Positions 51,013-58,799 of a stretch of 64,000 bases of DNA are shown one piece after another; within the stretch, counting starts at the first letter, position 1; the number at the start of each line of letters is the position of its first letter. The notes beneath the pieces were generated by a model that made no database searches, was not told where the DNA came from, and saw only the letters and a list, made by a program, of their open reading frames with translations. The stretch is from Candidatus Hydrogenedentota bacterium (GTDB lineage Bacteria > Hydrogenedentota > Hydrogenedentia > Hydrogenedentales > SLHB01). Location of the stretch: assembly GCA_963745075.1 (NCBI GenBank), contig CAVUWV010000010.1, forward strand, positions 256,001 to 320,000, written 5' to 3'. Both the position numbers and the translations under genes were made by a program.

Positions 51013-51253
51013 AAATTCGAAGCACGAATCTCGAAATCCGAAACAATTCCAATTGACCAAAATTGAAATGCACAAGCGGTTTCACGTTGAGTGGTGGGTT
51101 CCAAGGATCTTGTTCGCAGATTGCGCAGATGTTCGCGGGTTGGAAGCGTGAGCGGGAAACGTGCGTAACAACGCAGAAATTGACCCGTTTCGAACATTGA
51201 ATCATTTGGGATTCAAATTTGTTTCGAGTTTCGTGCTCCGGATTTCTGATTTA
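51013..51253. repeat. AT-rich heptamer-based imperfect inverted-repeat element
   Basis: aaattcgaagcacgaatctcgaaatccgaaacaa at the left, ttgtttcgagtttcgtgctccggatttctgattt at the right. Confidence 0.65.
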
Positions 51254-51295
51254 TCACAAGGGATTGAATGGCTTTCTGAGGGTGGATTTAGACAG

Positions 51296-51763
51296 ATGCT
51301 ATCCCACATAGACGACAACAACCAGCCCCGCATGGTCGACGTGGGGCACAAAGACGTGACCCGCCGCACCGCCTGTGCGCGCGCCGTCATCGCATTGCCT
51401 GCGGAGGTGCGCGCCGCGCTCAGCGACGGCGAAGTCCACACCAAGAAGGGGCCCGTGTTCCAGACCGCCATCATCGCCGGGGTCATGGCCGCGAAGAAGA
51501 CCAGCGACCTGATCCCGCTCTGCCATCCCATCGGGCTTGACGACTGCCAGATCACCATCGAACCCACCGAGGACGGTGACCTCCTCGTGGAATGCCGGAC
51601 TAGCGTGACCCACAAAACCGGCGTCGAGATGGAAGCCCTGACCGGCGCTACGGTCGCCGCGTTGACGGTCTACGATATGTGCAAGGCCCTGTCCCACGAC
51701 ATGGCGATCAAAGACGTGCGGCTGATCGAAAAACGGGGCGGAAAATCCGACTATGGGCTGTAG
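51296..51763 (+). CDS. moaC: Cyclic pyranopterin monophosphate synthase
   Basis: LSH...MVDV, LIPLCHP, TGVEMEALT, YDMCKA, GGKS. Confidence 0.97.
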   Translation: MLSHIDDNNQPRMVDVGHKDVTRRTACARAVIALPAEVRAALSDGEVHTKKGPVFQTAIIAGVMAAKKTSDLIPLCHPIGLDDCQITIEPTEDGDLLVECRTSVTHKTGVEMEALTGATVAALTVYDMCKALSHDMAIKDVRLIEKRGGKSDYGL

Positions 51764-52856
51764 TCATTCGGATAATAAACCACGTCGGCGCGCACCCTTT
51801 GTGTATAACCCCTTCGAGGTCGCCGTATCCGGGCCGGCGCAGGATACACGCAACACCCTTGTCGCTGCGCTGACGGTCCATTTCCAGGCCCGGCACCGTC
51901 TCGGCCATGTCATGCAGCGCGAACCACAGATGGAACCCGACACGATCGAGCGCATGGGCGTGAGCATGATTCGTGGCGACGGCCAACACGGGCTGATATA
52001 TCCCGAGGGCGAGGACGATTATCTCGGCGCGCGGCCGTTATTGGACGCCGACCTCGTGCTGATCGATGCACCGGGCAACACGGAAGTGCCGAAGCTTGTC
52101 GCCATTGGCGATGGGCCGGTGGAGGAGGAGTACGACGACGCGATCGCGTACGTAGGCGATTCGCGGGCCTGTCCCGTGCTGCCTTCCCATGCGACATACT
52201 TCACCGTCGATCGGCTCCCGGAAATCATCGACCGCGTAGACCGACATCTGTTTTCTACGATAGAGAAGACGCCATCGCTGGGCCTCGTCCTCGCGGGCGG
52301 CAAGAGTACCCGGATGGGGCAGGACAAAGGCGCCCTCGAGTATCATGGGAAACCGCAGGTGGTCCATTGTCACGAATTGCTGAGTGCCTTCTGCGACGAG
52401 GTGTTCGTATCGAGCCGGGTCGAACAGGCGTCGGACGCCGTTCACGCGGAATTGCCCCACATCGCCGACCGCTTCATCGACATAGGACCGATGGGGGGGA
52501 TTTTGTCCGCCCTAACCGCGGAGCCGGACGCGGCTTGGCTAGTGCTGGCCTGCGACTTGCCGTACGTGACGGAAGATACGCTCGATACCCTCGTGCGAAC
52601 CCGGAATCCGTTCAAGCTGGCCACTGCGTTTCGTAGTGCGAACGACGGATTCCCCGAACCCTTGTGTGCGATTTACGAGCCCAAGAGCGTGTACCGGCTG
52701 ATGGCCTTTCTCGCGCGGGGGTATTCCTGTCCGCGCAAGGTCCTCATCAACTCCGACACGCACCTCCTCGATGCGCGAGAGCATGGTGAACTGGACAATG
52801 TGAACAGCCCGCAAGAGTACCAAGCCGCCCGGGAAGCGCTAAGGCCGACTACCTAA
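51753..52856 (+). CDS. mobA: Molybdenum cofactor guanylyltransferase with a degenerate MobB-like N-terminal domain
   Basis: LAGGKSTRMGQDK, GPMGGILSAL, LACDLP, EPLCAIY, NVNSP in the C-terminal half. Confidence 0.88.
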   Translation: MGCSHSDNKPRRRAPFVYNPFEVAVSGPAQDTRNTLVAALTVHFQARHRLGHVMQREPQMEPDTIERMGVSMIRGDGQHGLIYPEGEDDYLGARPLLDADLVLIDAPGNTEVPKLVAIGDGPVEEEYDDAIAYVGDSRACPVLPSHATYFTVDRLPEIIDRVDRHLFSTIEKTPSLGLVLAGGKSTRMGQDKGALEYHGKPQVVHCHELLSAFCDEVFVSSRVEQASDAVHAELPHIADRFIDIGPMGGILSALTAEPDAAWLVLACDLPYVTEDTLDTLVRTRNPFKLATAFRSANDGFPEPLCAIYEPKSVYRLMAFLARGYSCPRKVLINSDTHLLDAREHGELDNVNSPQEYQAAREALRPTT

Positions 52857-52914
52857 GGTTTGTTTGGAATACTATTAGCCGCGAAAGAACGCAAAGAGCA
52901 CAAAAGAAACAAGA

Positions 52915-53104
52915 AAGAACATCCCCCTTGATCCCACGAAGCCCGACTTCGGAAAGTCGGCGGCTTCAAAGGGGGAAATGTTCGCGACGCGTTGCGTTGC
53001 GCTTAGGGCTGTCGAATACTTTGGGGTTGCACCCTCAACGACCGCCGACCCAAAACGTACGGTGTCGAATTTCCCCCTTTGAAGGGGGATCAAGGGGGAT
53101 GTTC
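52915..53104. repeat. REPIN-like element family A, copy 3
   Basis: Left arm with an inserted ccgactt-cgga-aagtcgg hairpin; canonical right arm 53072-53104; 95-nt core. Confidence 0.9.
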
Positions 53105-53121
53105 CCTCAGGATTTCAGCGC

Positions 53122-53379
53122 ATGAGCAAACCAATCGAAAAAGACATCCATATCCAATACTTCGCCATCCTCCGGGAACAGCGGGGCCTGAGTGAAGAAT
53201 CTATCGTGACCGCTGCAACCACCGCCGCGGAACTCTATGAGTCCCTCCGCACCGAACACCAGTTCAGCCTGCCCCTCGAACGCATGAAAGTCGTCGTTAA
53301 CGAATCCTTCACCGATTGGGATCACCCCCTGTCCCCCGGTGACCGCCTTGTCTTCGTTCCCCCCGTCGCCGGCGGGTAA
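53122..53379 (+). CDS. moaD: Molybdopterin synthase sulfur carrier subunit
   Basis: YFAILREQ...VVVN...PPVAGG C-terminus. Confidence 0.92.
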   Translation: MSKPIEKDIHIQYFAILREQRGLSEESIVTAATTAAELYESLRTEHQFSLPLERMKVVVNESFTDWDHPLSPGDRLVFVPPVAGG

Positions 53380-53418
53380 CGAACAATGAAAGCAATGGGA
53401 TACGCAGGGTTGTGTTCC

Positions 53419-53467
53419 AAGAAGAAAAGAGTGGCGGGAACGGCCGCAGGATTTACCGTTCCCGCCA
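53419..53467 (-). terminator. Rho-independent terminator
   Basis: 12-bp stem tggcgggaacgg/ccgttcccgcca with a minus-strand U-rich tail, downstream of the DUF1559 gene. Confidence 0.7.
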
Positions 53468-53518
53468 AAGAATCGACTTTGATTTACAGCAGGTAGTTGA
53501 CCCGCCACAAAACCGACG

Positions 53519-54521
53519 TTAGCCGGCCATCCATTTGACGGCGTTGGCGAAATACTGGTTCACGGGGAACTTTCCGTCCGGTGTATACTTCTCGAATTTG
53601 ACGTGTCCGTCCATGTACAGGACGTTGCTGCCACCCGGGACGTGGTTGAACTCGCCACTACCATTCGGGTCAATATTCACGATGTCCCACATGACCGGAA
53701 TCTCGGTTTGCGCTTTGGCAGAGCCTGCCGGATTGTTGATATTCGTGATCAGGAATCGCTCAATACCTTCTTTAAGCCTTTGGATTTGGTCGCCGCCGGA
53801 GGTTCCAAAGGGCGCACCAACGTTGATTGGCTGGTCTAGAGCGTTCACCGCCGTGGTGGGATCAGCTGGAGGGCCTCCGATAATTAAAGAATCGCTTCCG
53901 CCGAGACCGAGGGCTGTCGGTGAAAATTTGATGAACGCCAGGAGCAACTGCGTTGGAATCGAATATGCCCCATTGCCAAGGTTCGGTGCGGCTTGGGTAG
54001 GATCATCACCATTCGCTTGATCAAAAATCCAACCAAGATAGAGATAGCTCTCATCGCCGTTGGTCGGCAATCCCGCGTAGCTAGGACCACCGGCTGGTTG
54101 ACATCCCTGGGGTATGATACGCAAGTCCGTATCTGGATCCGACGGACATTGTAATACTCCCAAATCTGTCAAGTATTCTGGAAAGATGTCTCGACCATTA
54201 GGCGTAAAATTCGCATCGGTGTTCATGCTATCGGGGATACACGGAGTTCCATTGATGTCGTTGCCAAAGTCCGTAACGTCGAGACCCATCCGAGAAGTAG
54301 ACTTGAAGGCCCTGCGCTCGCGGGAACTTTTCGCCCTTACTTTCGTTGGTGTACATCTTGAATATAATACCCATTTGTTTCAGGTTATTTTGGCAGCTTG
54401 CGCGGCGCGCGGCTTCACGCGCACGGGCCAGTGCCGGGAGAAGGATTGCGGCAAGAATTCCGATGATCGCGATAACGACTAACAGTTCGATCAGGGTAAA
54501 ACCACGACTTGACTGCTTCAT
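53519..54521 (-). CDS. Prepilin-type N-methylation / DUF1559 / H-X9-DG protein (frameshift near 54290)
   Basis: [43 protein letters not shown] in one frame; CPSD and [17 protein letters not shown] in the next. Confidence 0.9.
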
Positions 54522-54830
54522 AATACTGGTTCTCCTCAGGCTTCGGTTACACACCACACCCACAATGTTTCCGAACTTGGACCCATTGCCAGGCCTGACT
54601 GCTTTGAAGCCCTGAGGAAGCACGCTTCGCACCGCCGGGCATCTGCCCGAACCCCCGGCATCGCTGAACCAGCGATCCTGCGTCCACGATGGTTCACCCT
54701 GCGAAAACGCCTGAACCACCAAGACCACAATTGGTGTACTGCCACCACACAGCCAACCTCGCAGGACCGCAGTCTAACCCAAAACCTGAATTTTGTCTAC
54801 CCCTTGCCAAGACACTACATGACTGAGTTT

Positions 54831-54997
54831 ACATCCCCCTTGATCCCCCTTCAAAGGGGGGGAGGGGCCGCAACGCTTTGGGTTGCGCTCGGAACCACCG
54901 GTAACGGCGCTTGTAGAATCCTAACATAGCGTATACCAGTAGCTTATGGCGAAGCAGGGCTCCCCCTTTGAAGGGGGATCAAGGGGGATGTTCTTCA
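54831..54997. repeat. REPIN-like element family A, copy 4
   Basis: acatcccccttgatcccccttcaaaggggg ... tccccctttgaagggggatcaagggggatgttcttca; about 97-nt core. Confidence 0.92.
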
Positions 54998-55058
54998 GAC
55001 GCGTACACGCTGAATCTTAACGGGGTACGTTAAATTATTGATACCAAATGATTTAAGA

Positions 55059-56048
55059 TTAAGGGCCGGACCGCTCGCCGGGAAATCCAAGGGTTTCGCG
55101 GACGGTGTAGGTGGACTTGCCTTGGCTTTCGTAGTAGGTGCGGACGTTGATCTCGCCGAGGAGGCCCATGCCGATGAGTTGTAATCCGCCCAGCATGAGC
55201 AGTATTGCGAGATACAGCCATGGGGTGCCGGTCATGTCCTGGTGGGGCGGGAAAACCTTGAGAATGACGGAGAGGGTGCCGGCCGCCACACCACCCAGCA
55301 AGGAGTAGACCCCGAATCGTCCAAACACCTGCATCGGTTTGGTCGAGTAGGAGAGCAGGAAGGTGACCGTCACGAGGTCCAGCAGAACCCGCAACGTGCG
55401 GCTGATTCCGTATTTCGACGTCCCAAACCGGCGCGGCCGGTGGTTCACCGGGATCTCGGTTACCCGGGCCCCGGCCCAGTTAGCGAGGGCCGGCAGGAAT
55501 CGATGCATTTCGCCATAGAGCTGGAGATGGTCCGCAATCTCGCGGCGATAGGCCTTCATCGTGCAGCCGTAATCGTGGAGGTGAACCCCGGTGCTCCAGG
55601 AAATCAGCCGGTTGGCTAAGAGCGAAGGGAGTCGGCGGGATAGCAATTTGTCCTGACGGAACTTGCGCCAACCGCTGACCAAGTCGTAGCCCTCGTCGAT
55701 CTTTTCAAGTAGGGAGTGTATGTCGGCGGGATCGTTCTGCAGGTCGGCGTCGATGGGCAAGATCACGCTACCTTGGGCCGCGGCGAAACCAGCGGCGAGG
55801 GCTGCCGTCTGCCCGTAGTTGCGCCGGAACCGGATGACCCGCGTCGACTCCGGGGTGGCGTCGTGGAGTTCCCGGCAGATCTCGAAGGACGCGTCCTCGC
55901 TGCCGTCGTCAACCAGGATGATTTCATAGTCGCGGTCGCTCAATTCGGAGAGCGCGGCTACGAGTTCCCCGTGCAGCGGACGCAACGACTCCGCCTCGTT
56001 ATACACCGGAACCAGGACAGAAACATATGGCCTTGGCGTTTTGCTCAT
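55059..56048 (-). CDS. Glycosyltransferase family 2 (ArnC/GtrB-like polyprenyl-phosphate glycosyltransferase)
   Basis: VPVYNE, VDDGS, RNYGQTAAL, DADLQNDP, HDYGC, two C-terminal TM helices. Confidence 0.93.
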   Translation of the reverse strand: MSKTPRPYVSVLVPVYNEAESLRPLHGELVAALSELSDRDYEIILVDDGSEDASFEICRELHDATPESTRVIRFRRNYGQTAALAAGFAAAQGSVILPIDADLQNDPADIHSLLEKIDEGYDLVSGWRKFRQDKLLSRRLPSLLANRLISWSTGVHLHDYGCTMKAYRREIADHLQLYGEMHRFLPALANWAGARVTEIPVNHRPRRFGTSKYGISRTLRVLLDLVTVTFLLSYSTKPMQVFGRFGVYSLLGGVAAGTLSVILKVFPPHQDMTGTPWLYLAILLMLGGLQLIGMGLLGEINVRTYYESQGKSTYTVRETLGFPGERSGP

Positions 56049-56214
56049 GGTGATGGCATACGGTAGCAGAAGGCGGGGAAGTCCGCAATGTGTGGAGCGA
56101 TGGATGATATGGACGCGATCGACAGTATAGATGGGGAGAAATGTGGAGCGCCGGTGGCCGCGTGACGATTTGATTCCCGCCAAACCGGTGCCCGGCACTC
56201 CCCGTGGGCGCTGA

Positions 56215-57279
56215 TTATCGCTCCTTGTACATCCGTCTAACGTCCTTTGAAATCTGCTTCCATTTGGTCCGTTCCTGCGCTTGGAGGTGGCGGTCCTGTT
56301 TGCGGGCGAGGTAGTTCAGTTCGCGGCGCAGCTTGAGGAAACTTTCCCACCGGTCCGGGGCGAGGCTTCCGTCTTCCACCGCCGCGCGTACGGCACAGCC
56401 GGGTTCAGAATCGTGGGTGCAATCGCGAAACTTGCACGTGGCGGCCAGTTGCGCCACATCGTCAAAAGCGCGATCGAGTGAATTCTCGTCGGCCAAAAGT
56501 TGAAGTTCGCGCATGCCCGGTGTGTCGATAACCATGCCGCCGCCGGGCGCCACGAAAAGCTCGCGATGGGTAGTGGTGTGGCGGCCTCGGCTGTCGTCTT
56601 CGCGAACGGCAGCCGTCTTGAGTAGGGGCTCTCCAACGAGCGCGTTGACCAGCGTGGACTTGCCGACGCCGGAGGAACCGAGCAGCGCGAGCGTGCGCCC
56701 TGGTTTCATGAGGGCGCGAAGCGTGTCGAGACCTGTTCCACTGAATGCGCTCACGGCGATGACGTCGACGCCGGCGGCCACCGCCTTGGCCTCGGCCAGG
56801 CACGTCGCAATTTCCGGGCACAGGTCGGCTTTGTTCAAGACGACGACGGGCGTTGCGCAGCTTTCCCAAGCCAGCGTCACGTAGCGTTCGATGCGGCGGA
56901 CGTTGTAATCCCCGTCCAAGCCAGAGACTAATAATACGAAGTCCACATTTGCCGCGACGACTTGGGCTTCTTCGACTTGGCCGGCCGCTCGGCGAATAAA
57001 GCCGCTCTTGCGCGGCAACACGGCATCGACGACCGTGAGACCGCCTTCGTCGTTTGGACGGATTGCCACCCAATCGCCGACTGCGGGCAGATCTTCGCGT
57101 GTAAGGGCCGCATTGCGCAGCCGCCCCGAGAGAACCGCCGCGTGTTCTCCTGCGTCGTGTGCAATGATGTATTGGCCTCGTTGCTCCTGTGTGATGCGCG
57201 CCGGTTCGAGGCCGTTTCCCCGGTGCAGCTCAAATTCTCGTTCAAAGGTGTCGTTCCAACCCAGATCGTCTAAGCGCAT
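56215..57279 (-). CDS. rsgA: Ribosome small subunit-dependent GTPase A
   Basis: VGDWV, NKAD, GSSGVGKSTL, GRHTT, DTPGMRE, CKFRDCTHDSEPGC. Confidence 0.96.
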   Translation of the reverse strand: MRLDDLGWNDTFEREFELHRGNGLEPARITQEQRGQYIIAHDAGEHAAVLSGRLRNAALTREDLPAVGDWVAIRPNDEGGLTVVDAVLPRKSGFIRRAAGQVEEAQVVAANVDFVLLVSGLDGDYNVRRIERYVTLAWESCATPVVVLNKADLCPEIATCLAEAKAVAAGVDVIAVSAFSGTGLDTLRALMKPGRTLALLGSSGVGKSTLVNALVGEPLLKTAAVREDDSRGRHTTTHRELFVAPGGGMVIDTPGMRELQLLADENSLDRAFDDVAQLAATCKFRDCTHDSEPGCAVRAAVEDGSLAPDRWESFLKLRRELNYLARKQDRHLQAQERTKWKQISKDVRRMYKER

Positions 57280-57497
57280 GGTGTGGTTCTCTCCTATCGG
57301 CCGTTAGTCCTCGTGCTGCCGACTGTCATTTGACGGACGGATCTCGCGATTCCTTGAGATAGATGTCAGTTATGCGAGAGATGGTGGGAGGGGACAAGTA
57401 CGGGCAGACACGATTCTGCAAGGCCTTAGGACCGGTCAAGTGCATGCGCACAGACCGAGAACGAAGGAGGGTCACGATACGGAAATCGGCTCCAGCC

Positions 57498-57539
57498 TCA
57501 GATCCCGCCCCACGTGTAGTTGGCAATGGCTTGATTCAT
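57498..57539 (-). CDS. Putative leader peptide (uORF) MNQAIANYTWGGI upstream of rsgA
   Basis: AAAGGAG RBS 8 nt before the ATG; 13 codons; lies in an otherwise non-coding leader. Confidence 0.5.
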   Translation of the reverse strand: MNQAIANYTWGGI

Positions 57540-57700
57540 AGGTCTGTCTCCTTTCCGGCTGGTTGACGATTACCGTCGGGGCACACAATCGCGGAGCACA
57601 TGCCCACCTGGTCCGTGCAGTATGCGCATTGCGACGATCCCGGACCCGCGTGCACGTCCCGCGGATTCGGCGGGATATGGCAGGGAAGACGAGAGTTTTT

Positions 57701-57824
57701 GTAGGTCGGGAATGATTCCCGACCAGGGAGTTCTGAGGGATCTAGTCTTTCAGCAAGACTTTACGTCATGGTCAAGCGTGTCGTTGGTTCAGAAGGGACT
57801 GGGCGGGAATCATTCCCGCCCTAC
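57701..57824. repeat. GTAG-type REP doublet (family F)
   Basis: gtaggtcgggaatgattcccgacc and the inverted gggcgggaatcattcccgccctac, with a compensatory T-A/G-C change. Confidence 0.85.
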
Positions 57825-57841
57825 GAAGAGGCTCTCAGCGC

Positions 57842-57869
57842 TTGACCCTACTCCGGATTTTTGAATAAT
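57842..57869 (+). promoter_or_regulatory. Putative sigma-70 promoter of the PspA-like/AAA pair
   Basis: TTGACC-N16-AATAAT. Confidence 0.35.
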
Positions 57870-57953
57870 GGCATGGATGCGCTAGGATGCTGAGGGGAAC
57901 TTGGGGAACCGGTTCGGGTGCCGGCGAGGCGCCGGAGAAGGAGAAACGCGGCT

Positions 57954-58784
57954 ATGTTCAGAGCGATTGGCAGATGGTTTACGGCGCTCGGCTACCTGTT
58001 GACCGGGCAAATCGATTCGGCGCGCCGCAGCCTCGACACGAATCCGCAAGTCGTGCGCGCGAAGTTCGACGATATCGTTCGCGAGAAGACGCGGAGCATC
58101 CACACGTACAAACAGGCGCTATCGAGCCTCGTAGCGCAGCGCGAAATGAAAGTTGGCAAGATTTCGACGCTGACGGGCGAGGTCGAGCGGTTGGAGCGAT
58201 TGCGGTCCGGCGCCTTGGCCAAGGCCAAGCAGACCGTGGAAAAACTCCAGGCCGACGGCAAGTCCATGGATGAGATTAAGGCGAATGAGGATTACATGAA
58301 GTGTTTGTCGGCGTACAACGATTTCTCGTCGACGTTGGAGGAAAAGCAGGCCCGGATCGCGGAATTGGAAGGCGATATCGAGGAGTATGGCAAGCGCGTT
58401 TCCGAGCATAAAATCCAGTTGCAGGAATTGCTCCGTGACGTGGACAAGCTGAAAGCGGAAGCGGCCGACACAATCGCCGACCTGATCACGGCCAACGAAG
58501 AGAAAGAGATCTCGGAAACGATCGCCGGCATCGCGCAGGACGGCACCGCCGAGGAATTGCAGCGGCTGCGTCAGCTTCGTCGGGAGGTGAAGGCGGAAGC
58601 AAGTGTCACCAAGGAACTCGCGGGCACGAGCACCAAGTCGCAGGAGGCGGAGTTCCTGGAATACGCGCGGAAGTCGTCGGCGTCCACGGAGTTTGATCAA
58701 CTCATTGGTCTAGCCCAATCGACCGAGGCCGCCCCGTCTTCGAGGGAACAGGAAGGTCCGGACAAGACAGCCTTGCCGGAATAG
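57954..58784 (+). CDS. Divergent PspA/IM30 (ESCRT-III-like) coiled-coil protein
   Basis: AAGGAG RBS; N-terminal amphipathic helix MFRAIGRWFTALGYLLTG, helix-breaking NP at about residue 30, long heptad coiled coil, terminal EFDQLIGL helix and flexible tail. Confidence 0.65.
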   Translation: MFRAIGRWFTALGYLLTGQIDSARRSLDTNPQVVRAKFDDIVREKTRSIHTYKQALSSLVAQREMKVGKISTLTGEVERLERLRSGALAKAKQTVEKLQADGKSMDEIKANEDYMKCLSAYNDFSSTLEEKQARIAELEGDIEEYGKRVSEHKIQLQELLRDVDKLKAEAADTIADLITANEEKEISETIAGIAQDGTAEELQRLRQLRREVKAEASVTKELAGTSTKSQEAEFLEYARKSSASTEFDQLIGLAQSTEAAPSSREQEGPDKTALPE

Positions 58785-58799
58785 GCGGTTGAACCCCCT

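Noticed and set aside
54530..54780. Riboswitch in the DUF1559 gene leader
   Set aside because: Hairpins are possible, but I could not match conserved motifs of c-di-GMP, cobalamin, TPP or SAM riboswitches.
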